From the sequence record MZ475895.1: a stretch of 64,000 bases of DNA; one strand, written 5' to 3'. The position numbers were made by a program, and so were the translations under genes. Shown here piece by piece: positions 9,521-19,112 of this stretch (its first letter is position 1; each line of letters begins with the position of its first letter). The notes under the pieces are model-generated. The model was given only the letters and a program-made list of their open reading frames with translations, ran no database searches and had not been told where the DNA came from.

Positions 9521-11197
9521 TTACAGACTCAGACTGGTGGAGGTGCTGCCTGATGGGTTGATGTTGAAACGATAGATCAAACGCTTAGTGGTACGCGTCG
9601 GGTCAAGAACAATATCCAGAATCAGGTCGCCGTTAGCGATTGTCTGATTGGTGTTGTTCGTTTCGTCACACACAACTTGATAGCCACGAGAACCAGAGCT
9701 ACCACCACGCAAGCCACGAGCCAGTTTGATCTCTTCGAGGAACTTCTCGACCATCGCTTTGAGCTGCTCACGCAACACGTTATCGTTGGGATCAAACAGG
9801 CCAGTACGCGCTGAACGAGAACACACTTCAAGCACATAGCCAACCATACGCTGAATCTGAATCTGCTGGAATGCAGAACTCTGATTGTACAGCGTACTTG
9901 CCTCCCACACTGCAAAGCCACCGCCACTAATGTCAGGCAGTTTGCGGATGTAGTTGACCTGCTCACGGGTCAGCGCATCTCGGTCGTCCTGATCATACTT
10001 CTGAGTAAGAGCAAGAATGTTCAGAGGACTTGATGCAGTGATACCCGCAGGTGCGAACCAGCTACCGCGATTGTTATCCGTGTACGCGAACACAGCACAG
10101 ATCTGACCAACACAAGCCACCAGCAAGTAGCGACCAGTGTCTTCGTCAAAGATCTTAATGTCAGGCGTGTACAGGGCCATGTTGGTATCGTTCAGGTTCA
10201 GCGTCTGGCGGCGATAACGAATCGCTTTAGATACCGACTGCTCCGAAGTAGGAATACCACAGATAACAAAGCAGTTGATGTGGGCAGCAGCGGCAGCTTT
10301 CATGCCACGATGCACGATGTAGTCCTGAATAGGGCTAAGCAGCAACGTAACACGAATCTCTTCAGGGTCACCGAAGTAATCCTGATAAGCAGCAGCCAGT
10401 TGGTCGGAGGTAACAGTATCACCGTCAGCACCACCTTTGAAGAAGATGAAGTCTGAGCCGAAGAAACTGATATCCGTAGTGAAGTACGGGTTACGGATGA
10501 AACGATAGTTGGAGCTTTCGTTTTCCATAACTGTATCAAGGCGGTACTGACGATCAAACTCATCGGAGTAATCGTACAGGCTTGCCTGATAGCTGTTTAC
10601 AGGGTTAGACCCGTTGATGTAGTTCTCGTACTCGTCGATGTAGAACAGTTTGCTGTTATACTTCGTACGGTCGTCAAACGCAGACAGGCCTTTAGGCACG
10701 GCAGAACGAATCTGGAGCGCCATGTTGTTGTTCCAGTCACCTGGGTTTTCCAGACAGATGTAGCCGATGATGTTATCATTCAGCGGGTCAGTCGGCAGGA
10801 AGCCCAATTGAGCTGGGTCGTCAACGCCAACAACGTTACCGTCTGCGTCAGTGTATGGAGTTACACGAACAACAGGCTGCAATGCAGTTGGGTCGTCAAC
10901 AGTCAGCACACCAACAGCATACTTGGCGTTCTTAGTGATACGCACATAGGTAAGCTGGTTGGTTTGCTCTGAAACAGGAAGAGCCAGATACAGGCCTAGA
11001 CCGTATTTTGGATCTTTGGAACCGAAAGTGTTTTTCAACACGTCTTTACTGCGAACAGAAACACGCTGGTTAACAGGGCCACGAGAAGCCTGTCCAACGA
11101 TGCCTACTACTGCTGTAGATAAAGACGTTGCACCAACGGAGAGATCCTTGACACCAGTGTAGACACCAGCAGAGGGATGCGTTGAGTTAACGGGCAT
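9521..11197 (-). CDS. Contractile tail sheath protein
   Basis: 558 aa; HPSAGVYTGVKDLS start, GIVGQASRGP, CLENPGDWNN, GSWFAPAG, QRMVGY, VVCDETNNT and LILDIVLDP are sheath-family hallmarks. Confidence 0.9.
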   Translation of the reverse strand: MPVNSTHPSAGVYTGVKDLSVGATSLSTAVVGIVGQASRGPVNQRVSVRSKDVLKNTFGSKDPKYGLGLYLALPVSEQTNQLTYVRITKNAKYAVGVLTVDDPTALQPVVRVTPYTDADGNVVGVDDPAQLGFLPTDPLNDNIIGYICLENPGDWNNNMALQIRSAVPKGLSAFDDRTKYNSKLFYIDEYENYINGSNPVNSYQASLYDYSDEFDRQYRLDTVMENESSNYRFIRNPYFTTDISFFGSDFIFFKGGADGDTVTSDQLAAAYQDYFGDPEEIRVTLLLSPIQDYIVHRGMKAAAAAHINCFVICGIPTSEQSVSKAIRYRRQTLNLNDTNMALYTPDIKIFDEDTGRYLLVACVGQICAVFAYTDNNRGSWFAPAGITASSPLNILALTQKYDQDDRDALTREQVNYIRKLPDISGGGFAVWEASTLYNQSSAFQQIQIQRMVGYVLEVCSRSARTGLFDPNDNVLREQLKAMVEKFLEEIKLARGLRGGSSGSRGYQVVCDETNNTNQTIANGDLILDIVLDPTRTTKRLIYRFNINPSGSTSTSLSL

Positions 11198-11198
11198 G

Positions 11199-11249
11199 AT
11201 TTATCTCCTTTTAAGACTGGTAGAAATTATCGTCAATTAGGAGATAAAT
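11199..11249 (-). promoter_or_regulatory. RBS-sequestering inverted repeat with an internal candidate late promoter (ATAATTTCTAC, 11220-11230)
   Basis: Perfect 11-bp inverted repeat ATTTATCTCCT / AGGAGATAAAT; the 3' arm is the sheath Shine-Dalgarno. Confidence 0.7.
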
Positions 11250-11251
11250 GC

Positions 11252-11277
11252 AAAAAGGGCAGCCGAAGCCACCCTTT
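11252..11277 (-). terminator. Intrinsic terminator after the DHH gene
   Basis: GGGUGGC-UUCG-GCUGCCC-UUUUU. Confidence 0.85.
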
Positions 11278-11280
11278 AGG

Positions 11281-12360
11281 TTAACATGCACAGCTTGCTT
11301 GTTCGTGATCGAATTTGACATTCAGATCAATGGTCGGATAAGCAGCCACAAACTCTTCCAGACTTACGTTAAAGCCTGCGGCATTCGCATGACCATCACC
11401 GCCATGCAGACGCGCTGTATGTTTCGCAGAACCCGACTCAGCACCTGTTTTGAAATAACCACTACGCACTGAAATATACACACGGTCTTTGTTCTCACCG
11501 CCGAGACGCGGCATAATAACTGTGTGGAAGCGATTGTGGTTTTCGTAGACGTAGGCAGCGAGTTGAGAACCGATACCACGACCAGCAGGAACAACAACGT
11601 GAGGTCCGTGACAGATCTCATTAGCTTCTGAGAAGAACGCGTGTTCATTCAAATGCTCTTGGAACTTCTGCTCACGGTTTTCAGCACGTTTCTGGCCCAG
11701 AGTAATGATCTGCTCAATGTCACCGTGAACCAGAACATCGATAGCACGTTCAACAGTGCTTGGCGTGCTCACGTACAACACACCGTGCGGTTCCACCTTC
11801 TTAAACGTTTCCGGTGCGTGACCGTCGTAGAAGAAGAACGCACGTTTGTTCTGGCGCTGCCACGTATCGTAATCAGACACCAACTGAGCCATGCGAATGA
11901 CGTTGTTAGCGCTACGACCAGATAGCGACTGGAAGCGAGAGATATGATGGAAGTAGGCAAGCAGTGCACCACTACCACCAGCAGTGAAAGTAAGCTGTAG
12001 AGGCTGTGCACCAATGCGGCGACACTCTTCGGCATACAGTTCATGCGAACGGCAGTTGTGGTGGTCAAGCACAACAAAGTTGGCTTGATAGCGCTGCGTC
12101 AACACAGCCATCTGGCGTTCGGTCAATGAGAAGTCAACGATGATGATCTCTTTGTACAGAGCGTCAACGTCTTTGTCTGATTGTCGAACTCCTACCATGT
12201 CTTCGATAGCTGTACCATCAGCAAGAGCAATAGGTGCATTGTCTTTTGCGTAATGGGCAGGCAGGTAATGGATGTCGTCAGTCGAACGCGCTAGTGCGGT
12301 GATGGCTGCTGCGAAAGAACCATCCGCACATCCTTGATGATAAATCACAAGTGTAGTCAT
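11281..12360 (-). CDS. DHH/DHHA1-family phosphoesterase (nanoRNase/oligoribonuclease-like)
   Basis: YHxxCADG, IVDFS, VLDHH, SDYDTW and C-terminal GGDGHANAAG motifs. Confidence 0.85.
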   Translation of the reverse strand: MTTLVIYHQGCADGSFAAAITALARSTDDIHYLPAHYAKDNAPIALADGTAIEDMVGVRQSDKDVDALYKEIIIVDFSLTERQMAVLTQRYQANFVVLDHHNCRSHELYAEECRRIGAQPLQLTFTAGGSGALLAYFHHISRFQSLSGRSANNVIRMAQLVSDYDTWQRQNKRAFFFYDGHAPETFKKVEPHGVLYVSTPSTVERAIDVLVHGDIEQIITLGQKRAENREQKFQEHLNEHAFFSEANEICHGPHVVVPAGRGIGSQLAAYVYENHNRFHTVIMPRLGGENKDRVYISVRSGYFKTGAESGSAKHTARLHGGDGHANAAGFNVSLEEFVAAYPTIDLNVKFDHEQASCAC

Positions 12361-12363
12361 TGC

Positions 12364-13209
12364 TTATGCCCAATGAGTAAAGGAAGATTGTTCAGGCGGG
12401 TTGGTGATTTTGTTCACCATTTCCTGAAGGCCCGCAATTGTTGCGTCTAAGCCCATCTGGTACTGCTTATGTGCAGTATCAAGACCGTACCGCATTGCCA
12501 CACAGTACAACTGCCATTCGTCAGAGGACTGGAGCATGGCAATCTTTTTGCGGTAAGCATCACGCTTCTGGCGAGCACGCAACAGACGCTGCATCAAATT
12601 AAGATTTGAGACAATTCCAGTCAGCTTCTCTAACAACTGCTCCAGACCTTCGAGGTCATCAACCATCAACTTGAGTTTAGCATCAAGGAAGATTGCTTGA
12701 CGCTCCGCGCGTTGATCTACGGAGAGATTGCGGCAGCGGTCTGGATGAGTCAGCTTAGCGATCTTGCGATAGACCTGCTTGCATTTGATTTGCAGTAGTG
12801 TCGCTTCGACTTCACCTGCATTCATACCATCTCTGGTAGCTTCGTCGTCATCTTCTACGACAAAGTTTTCTTCCATCTCTTTGCGCAGTTCTTCCGCAGC
12901 CAGCTTGTCTTCCAGATCATCTGATTCATCCAGATTGATTTGGTGCGCTTCAAGGATAGCAGTCAGACGGTTTACTTCCGCGATACGATCACGGTTAAAC
13001 TCGTTCAGCTTGTTGATGCAGTTCGTGCAGCGGTCGCGGTCAGCAGTGAAGCGAAGTTCAAGAGCATCGGCTTCGGCCTTGACGTCTTCGAGAGTTTCGT
13101 CAGCTTCTGCCTGTTCGAATGCCTGTTGATCTTCGTACTCTGCCAGCTCAGTAGAACCGTGAACAATCAGGCCGTGTTCAGCCACAACAACCAGTTCAGT
13201 TCCTGTCAT
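12364..13209 (-). CDS. Coiled-coil protein with a central J-domain (DnaJ-like)
   Basis: CKQVYRKIAKLTHPDR with an intact HPD motif; start moved to 13209 (ATGA overlap with the upstream stop). Confidence 0.7.
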   Translation of the reverse strand: MTGTELVVVAEHGLIVHGSTELAEYEDQQAFEQAEADETLEDVKAEADALELRFTADRDRCTNCINKLNEFNRDRIAEVNRLTAILEAHQINLDESDDLEDKLAAEELRKEMEENFVVEDDDEATRDGMNAGEVEATLLQIKCKQVYRKIAKLTHPDRCRNLSVDQRAERQAIFLDAKLKLMVDDLEGLEQLLEKLTGIVSNLNLMQRLLRARQKRDAYRKKIAMLQSSDEWQLYCVAMRYGLDTAHKQYQMGLDATIAGLQEMVNKITNPPEQSSFTHWA

Positions 13210-13400
13210 GGGCGAGTAAGCTCCGAGATAGGTTTGGCTAAGAGTTCTGTAATGCGTGCCGGGCACTCAGGGTTACGCTTCAAGTTCTTGTGCAACCACT
13301 GCAAGTTACCGCCTGACGCAGATACTTCGCTACGGAACGCAGGAAGTTTCAGTACAGCGCCGTGCTTGTTCAGCAACGCATTCAGTTCTTTCAGTAACAT
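13206..13400 (-). CDS. Small hypothetical protein
   Basis: 64 aa; AAGGA RBS; fills the gap between genes. Confidence 0.55.
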   Translation of the reverse strand: MLLKELNALLNKHGAVLKLPAFRSEVSASGGNLQWLHKNLKRNPECPARITELLAKPISELTRP

Positions 13401-13409
13401 CGTTTATCC

Positions 13410-14042
13410 TTAAAGAGATGAGGTCATTAAATCGAGAAGGTTTGAGACTACATGAGCAGGACCAATTGAGATACCCGCTTGCACGGGCAGATGAACACGA
13501 CGAGTAAACAACTCCATCGGGTCTGGGCCACCGCCAGTCACTACGATACGAGGTATCTTTGGAAACATCTCAAGGATATCACGCAGTCTTTCAATTTTAT
13601 AGCTGGTGCTGTCTATCGTCACGTTCGATATGATCAGCATTGACGGTCGCTTGCTTTTGAGTTGTTCATAGTCGAAGCGATCACCATACAGCGTAACCCA
13701 ACGCGGCTTCAAGGCTGTTGTCTCTGAATCTTCAACAGCCGCATGGAAGATAGATAACGCCGCCATCTTCGCACGGTAGTCTGACGGGAAGCTACTGATA
13801 ACCGTGATGCGTGGGTCAAGGCCAAACGGACTTTCAATCATCTTTGCAAGATGCGTCATCTGCTTGGTCTTTGAAAAAATCTTGCCTTTAAAGTAAGGCG
13901 ACATTGGCTTAAAATCTTGTGAGGCTTCGACCACATCGAATGTCTCACGTTTGCCGAAAAGAAGCTGAGGGTCAACTCCCAGCGTCTGCATCTGCTTTGC
14001 TACTGCGGGTTCAAAGTCAAAAGTTAACACAATACCCTCCAT
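13410..14042 (-). CDS. Degenerate DnaC/IstB-like AAA+ protein (helicase-loader-like, Walker motifs lost)
   Basis: Start MEGIVL at 14042; pattern ITVISS...AKMAALSI / MLIISNV...STSYKIERLRDILE...PRIVVT follows DnaC topology, but without GKT or DD. Confidence 0.45.
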   Translation of the reverse strand: MEGIVLTFDFEPAVAKQMQTLGVDPQLLFGKRETFDVVEASQDFKPMSPYFKGKIFSKTKQMTHLAKMIESPFGLDPRITVISSFPSDYRAKMAALSIFHAAVEDSETTALKPRWVTLYGDRFDYEQLKSKRPSMLIISNVTIDSTSYKIERLRDILEMFPKIPRIVVTGGGPDPMELFTRRVHLPVQAGISIGPAHVVSNLLDLMTSSL

Positions 14043-14055
14043 TGTTCTTATCGGG

Positions 14056-14064
14056 TATTTACAG
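14056..14064 (-). promoter_or_regulatory. CTGTAAATA motif
   Basis: 14 nt upstream of the 14042 start; overlaps the upstream Leu-stop codons. Confidence 0.4.
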
Positions 14065-14415
14065 TTTCTGCGGCACACGCTGCCATACGGCGAACTTCAC
14101 GTTCAATGCGCATTCTTCAAGCTCAGCCTCACGTCTAGGCTCGTACTTAGGTGCGTATTGCTGTAGGTGCACAGGACGCTCTACTGAGGCAAGACTGAAT
14201 ACACGTATCGGGTTCGTCACCTGAGAGTACGAATAGTCTTCAATGATAACGAGATTTTCGATGCGGAGAACACCAGAAACTTCAAACACTTCAGGCAAGG
14301 TGCTGGGTTCGATTACTGTCCCCATAACCTTTTCTTGATAGTCAACAAGTGCCTTAATTAAAGCACGACCAACACTAGTAGACAGTGTAAGATTATACTC
14401 TGTGCGGAATTCCAT
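14059..14415 (-). CDS. Hypothetical protein
   Basis: 118 aa; AGGAG RBS. Confidence 0.6.
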   Translation of the reverse strand: MEFRTEYNLTLSTSVGRALIKALVDYQEKVMGTVIEPSTLPEVFEVSGVLRIENLVIIEDYSYSQVTNPIRVFSLASVERPVHLQQYAPKYEPRREAELEECALNVKFAVWQRVPQKL

Positions 14416-14431
14416 GGTGTTCTCCTCAGTA

Positions 14432-14812
14432 TTACATCAGCGCCAGAGTCGGGTCGACGTAGGTGTATTGAAACACTACGTTCCAGCCCGATGGCGTGTT
14501 TCTGTTTGGGTGATAGCGATAGCCATACACCATGATAATGCCTTTCACTTTGTCTGGGTCTTCGAGAGTAGGATTGTATTCAACGTAAGACGGTTCCAGT
14601 TTGAGTGCGTCGGCGATATTGATTGCCCAGTCGTCTAAGTCGTAAGGACTGTCCGGCACTGGCCATGAATACGAATACTTAGGCCAGTGCTCAGCCTGCA
14701 TATCGGTATCTTTTGAAATCCAATCCAGATGGCGGTAACCCATACGAAGGGCGACAGCATGAATCAGGCCTCGGTTGTTCATGTAGCTTTGAAGCTGCTT
14801 GACAGTAAGCAT
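14432..14812 (-). CDS. Hypothetical protein
   Basis: 126 aa; GGAG RBS. Confidence 0.6.
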   Translation of the reverse strand: MLTVKQLQSYMNNRGLIHAVALRMGYRHLDWISKDTDMQAEHWPKYSYSWPVPDSPYDLDDWAINIADALKLEPSYVEYNPTLEDPDKVKGIIMVYGYRYHPNRNTPSGWNVVFQYTYVDPTLALM

Positions 14813-14883
14813 GGAAGTTCTCCATCAGGTAAAAGACAACAGGCACCGAAGTGCCCGTCAGAATCTCAGCGAGATGGCTTAAA

Positions 14884-15354
14884 TTACTTACTAAGTCCGC
14901 GCAGCAGGATAGTTGCTGTTTTAACGAATTGCTTGCGCTTATCGTCAGGCAGTTTGGCATACTCACGCAGCAGGTCCTGCACTTCTTTTTCGTTCCCGAC
15001 GTAACTATCAGTACCGCGATCACCTTCGATACCATCAATGCCTTTCAGCACATTGGTCTTAGTGACACGCATCTTGAAGGTAGCGCGAACAACATCACAG
15101 GCACGCGTCCTATCAGGAGTGGTGCTGATAGTGGAAATGTCGTAGATTGCCTGCACAGAAAAACCTTCAGGATAAGCAGCGAACACTTCTGCCAGATCGA
15201 TATGAGCCATGTTATTAGGAGCTGGAATTTTAGCTTCCATACTAACAGTGAACGTCTCGCCGTCTTCGGTACTGTTGTTACCATCGAAGGCGATTTTACC
15301 ATCCTGTCGCATAGTGTATGCAATCAGTTGATACAGTGGATCAACTAAACTCAT
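14884..15354 (-). CDS. Hypothetical protein
   Basis: 156 aa; coupled to the helicase stop codon. Confidence 0.6.
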   Translation of the reverse strand: MSLVDPLYQLIAYTMRQDGKIAFDGNNSTEDGETFTVSMEAKIPAPNNMAHIDLAEVFAAYPEGFSVQAIYDISTISTTPDRTRACDVVRATFKMRVTKTNVLKGIDGIEGDRGTDSYVGNEKEVQDLLREYAKLPDDKRKQFVKTATILLRGLSK

Positions 15355-16955
15355 CAGAATCTCCTCATGCCCAAGTTGGACGGTTGTCCTTTAACAGGGG
15401 CTTCTGGTTCAAAAAAGTCAGGCAGTTCAGCATCGAGCGCTTCTCCTCTCGATATGACTCCCATCCAGTTACGCAGTTTCTTCGGCGTGCGTTTGGCTTT
15501 CGCATAACCAAACTTCCAACAGAACTTCAATACACCCCGCGCGAAGCCCATCGACTTCTCCATCTTAGGATCGATGAAGACACGAATCACAGGCGTGCGC
15601 TTGTTATCCATCGGCGTAAGAATACGACACGACTCCTGTTTCCAGTTCGGTTCGTTGTTCATCGGCATGATGTAATACAACGTATCCCAACGAGGAACGT
15701 TCAGGCCGCGCTGCATCAGCTTACGCATACCTACCACACAACGAATCTTACCAGCACGCGCATCATCGATAATCGGCTTACGGCGCTTCGCTTCTTTAGC
15801 TCCGCCTAAGAACACAGCCGCCACTTCTTCCATGTAGTGTTCGTTGATACGCTGCACAAGCCGTCGTGCCTGATCGGTAAAGTTGATTGGGATAGCAAGA
15901 GAGCGACCCGCATCAAGATCTCGAATAATCCACTCAAAGATCTTATCGTTACGATCAGGGTGGTTGGCAAGGAACTTACAGAAGTTCGTCCAACCCGCTT
16001 TGCCTGTGAACTTGTTGTTGCTTTGCACCTTCTTCGACGTTTTATGAATCGTCACTTTAGGCACAAGCTCCTCAACAAACGCTTCGGCAATCACAGGACC
16101 GAAGATTGATTCAATCAAATAGTGACGACCGTCTTTACGCTTCGGCGTTGCTGTCAGACCAAATCGATACTTCATTTTAAGAGACGCCAGCACACGGCTG
16201 TAACAGCTTGCGTTACCAGCATGGCACTCATCGACAAACAGCGTACCGTAGTTCTCGTTCAACAACTTGAGTCGCTTCTTCGAGTTCTTACTGTCGCTAA
16301 TCAATGACTGATAGGTCACCAGAATGATCTGGAAGTTCTTATAGTCATCGAGTGTCTTTGGAAAACCATACAACTTCTTGCCGTACTTTTCTTCAAGCTC
16401 AGGCAAGTTCGTCATCTGCTGGATAGTCTCTAAGAAACCATCAAGGAAGTCTTTCTGGTCAGCCATGATAACTGTACGGAAACCCGAATGACATGCACCC
16501 GCAGTACCGATAACAGTCTTACCAGAACGTGGAGGTGCTTTGAACACACCACACAGTTCATCGAACATATCCGCGAACGGTTGCTCTTGGTACTCACGCA
16601 GCTTACCTGTGAACTTCACTTTATAATCGTACGGCACACGACTCGTACCGTTAACGAACTTCACCTCGCTCAGACTAAGACCAGCAGTCTTTTCGAAGCG
16701 GTGCATCTCACCGTACGGGATCGAAACGTAGCGCTTACCCTTAATCTCAGAGTATTTGGCAAGGACGGTAATATCAATCAGGCCACCACGAGAACACGAA
16801 CGGCATTCTTCTGATGGTCGAATTGAACGAAACTCACAGCCCTTACACGCAGCATTATCGAACTCGTAGTGAGTCATCTTCTTTATGATGTTATCGGCAT
16901 CAACGGCCTTAACAGGAATGTGCAGACGACTATCGACCAGTACTTTTGCGGTCAC
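15354..16955 (-). CDS. Superfamily 2 DNA helicase (UvsW/XPB-like) with an N-terminal Cys cluster
   Basis: APPRSGKT, VDECH, GLTATPKRKDG, RGLNVP, QESCRIL; N-terminal CxxC...CxxC. Confidence 0.85.
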   Translation of the reverse strand: MTAKVLVDSRLHIPVKAVDADNIIKKMTHYEFDNAACKGCEFRSIRPSEECRSCSRGGLIDITVLAKYSEIKGKRYVSIPYGEMHRFEKTAGLSLSEVKFVNGTSRVPYDYKVKFTGKLREYQEQPFADMFDELCGVFKAPPRSGKTVIGTAGACHSGFRTVIMADQKDFLDGFLETIQQMTNLPELEEKYGKKLYGFPKTLDDYKNFQIILVTYQSLISDSKNSKKRLKLLNENYGTLFVDECHAGNASCYSRVLASLKMKYRFGLTATPKRKDGRHYLIESIFGPVIAEAFVEELVPKVTIHKTSKKVQSNNKFTGKAGWTNFCKFLANHPDRNDKIFEWIIRDLDAGRSLAIPINFTDQARRLVQRINEHYMEEVAAVFLGGAKEAKRRKPIIDDARAGKIRCVVGMRKLMQRGLNVPRWDTLYYIMPMNNEPNWKQESCRILTPMDNKRTPVIRVFIDPKMEKSMGFARGVLKFCWKFGYAKAKRTPKKLRNWMGVISRGEALDAELPDFFEPEAPVKGQPSNLGMRRF

Positions 16956-16957
16956 AT

Positions 16958-17506
16958 CTATTTCCTTGAGTTCGGTAGACCGTACTCACGCTGATTGATG
17001 ATGTTCAGAGTATCGACAAGCGCACGATAAGCAAACCCGCACTTGTCAATGTCCTTGATATAGAGGTCAAGCTCTGCGACCACCGTTTCGAGATTATCAG
17101 CGTAGCGGTAGTATTCCACCATTACGTTTCTGACACAGCGCTCACGTTCTTTCGCAGCACCTACGGCTTTCAAGTCTTTGGCATACGTAACCGAAGCATA
17201 ATCTTGAAAACGTTCCAGCATATCATTTAACAGTTTTGAGGCTGAATGAATGGTGGTCAGTATCTCGGTCATGCGGCTACGATAAGCCTGGTCTTGAATT
17301 ATCGACTCAGCCACTTTGCTTAGCGCGTTAGTATCAGAGATATTCAACGTTCTGATCTTACGCATCTTAAACAGTTTGCGAGCTTCTTCTTGGTACTCAG
17401 CCAGAGGCAACTGGAACAAGTCGTTGGTTTTGAAAATGTCGCGGACTTTTTTGTAGCGCTTATCGTCCTTAATCTTTAGGCGAATGCGTTTTAGATCGTC
17501 CATCAA
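16958..17506 (-). CDS. Helical hypothetical protein (possibly a UvsY-like recombination mediator)
   Basis: 182 aa, all-helical/coiled, next to the UvsW-like helicase; the UvsY idea rests on size and position only. Confidence 0.4.
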   Translation of the reverse strand: MMDDLKRIRLKIKDDKRYKKVRDIFKTNDLFQLPLAEYQEEARKLFKMRKIRTLNISDTNALSKVAESIIQDQAYRSRMTEILTTIHSASKLLNDMLERFQDYASVTYAKDLKAVGAAKERERCVRNVMVEYYRYADNLETVVAELDLYIKDIDKCGFAYRALVDTLNIINQREYGLPNSRK

Positions 17507-17937
17507 TCACCTTTATCAGTAACGAGCAGCGGACTTTCAGGTGTCTTGTGCGGCATAGCAAAGAAGCTGCCGTGATCATCACGATACACGAGCAAGCCAC
17601 CAGACGGACCTTCAGTCGGGCATGTAAAGTTAAACAAACGTTCAAGCGGAGGCATGTAGCCTACAGACACAGCATTGAACGTACACCACTTGGCAGATAC
17701 TTCAATCAGTGAACCGACAACTGTTTCAGCGAGGCGCAGATACGATTGACGGAAGTGATAGCTGTGCTCGATTGGAGACGCGCTATCAATCACTAACTCA
17801 TTGCCGTACACTGCTTTATAGATCAGGCAGAAGCGACGGCGACCACGAGGTGCATTCGGTATTTCATACAGCACATCATGTATGATGGAAGAAACGTCCC
17901 CAACGAGAACGTTTCTTTTGACAGCAAGGCTGATCAT
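17503..17937 (-). CDS. Hypothetical protein
   Basis: 144 aa; ATGA overlaps at both ends. Confidence 0.55.
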   Translation of the reverse strand: MISLAVKRNVLVGDVSSIIHDVLYEIPNAPRGRRRFCLIYKAVYGNELVIDSASPIEHSYHFRQSYLRLAETVVGSLIEVSAKWCTFNAVSVGYMPPLERLFNFTCPTEGPSGGLLVYRDDHGSFFAMPHKTPESPLLVTDKGD

Positions 17938-19112
17938 TGAGGCAGATAACCGAAGTACAACAGGCTGTGCGTGTCGAACTTGTAGTTAAGGCTGAACGCC
18001 GTTAACTTGTTGATGTTCGCACCGTGGAAACCCATCGCGTGTTTTTCTTCGCGTCCGATAGACTTCAACAGCTCACGCATGATACGCAGATCGAGGTGCG
18101 TGCTCAGTTCGCGTTCAACAGGCTTGGCCAGTGACATACTGTCCTGCACGTTACCTGCATCAGTACCAAACTTGAACTTGATCTCTTTCTTCTTCAAGAT
18201 GATCTTTGCACTGGTGTTACCCTTCTTCTCAATCAACGTCGAGATGTTGGTGAACGGTGCAGACAGGTCACCTTTGACAACAACGCCAATCAACGGCTTG
18301 CCGAGTTGCACCAGCATGTTATCCATGTAACGGTAATCTTCATCACTTGCCTGAATCGGAGGCAGCGTCAAAACGAATGAATCAGACTCAGCAGCAAACG
18401 AACTACTGTCAACGTGGAACGTTACCTTCTCTTCACCACAGAAGCGGTAAACGAGGTCGAACATCGCACCTGTCAGACTGAAACGGAACGGCTCTGCTTT
18501 CTTTTTCAGATCGCAAGTATAACGAGAAGACGTCCAGTGACCCGGACTTTGAATCTTCATCGATTTACCATCACACACAACACGACAGATAATGGTCTGG
18601 TTAGTGATCGTATCTTTCATGCTAGTCAGACGCACACCCTGAGTCATTGCGTCGATTACTTCACGCGACATAGGATGACCGCCGGAGATGTGGTGCTTGA
18701 GACCCTGCTCAACCATCGGGATCTGTTCGTCAGACAGAGGACGGATTTTGAAATCAGCTTTGTACTTACCGTTCTGCTCTGCGATAGCAACTTGCTTACC
18801 ATCAAACGTCAAGGTCAATTCTTTACGCTTGGTGATCAGACCGTTCAGGCTGTTCGGGTCGATGTTGAACACCGTATCAGTGTCAGCAGTTGCGCCAGGT
18901 ACCTGATAAGCAACGAACGTATCAGGTGTACGGCCCAGAACGAAAACATCCGACTTGTAGGTTACGATCAGATGGATGTGCGTCAGCTTATCATCTGATT
19001 CAGAGAAACGAGTAACGCTATCAACACGCTTTAAAATGTCAGACAACAACGTGCCTGTAAGCGTAATGTTGCAGGACTTTGATGGTTTTTTAGGAAGTCG
19101 GCAGGTCTTCAT
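17934..19112 (-). CDS. dnaN: DNA polymerase III beta-like sliding clamp
   Basis: 392 aa with three repeated alpha/beta units (e.g. FNIDPNSLNGLI, FSLTGAMFDLV, HLDLRIMRELLKSI); replication-block context; clamp loader present in the window. Confidence 0.6.
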   Translation of the reverse strand: MKTCRLPKKPSKSCNITLTGTLLSDILKRVDSVTRFSESDDKLTHIHLIVTYKSDVFVLGRTPDTFVAYQVPGATADTDTVFNIDPNSLNGLITKRKELTLTFDGKQVAIAEQNGKYKADFKIRPLSDEQIPMVEQGLKHHISGGHPMSREVIDAMTQGVRLTSMKDTITNQTIICRVVCDGKSMKIQSPGHWTSSRYTCDLKKKAEPFRFSLTGAMFDLVYRFCGEEKVTFHVDSSSFAAESDSFVLTLPPIQASDEDYRYMDNMLVQLGKPLIGVVVKGDLSAPFTNISTLIEKKGNTSAKIILKKKEIKFKFGTDAGNVQDSMSLAKPVERELSTHLDLRIMRELLKSIGREEKHAMGFHGANINKLTAFSLNYKFDTHSLLYFGYLPQ

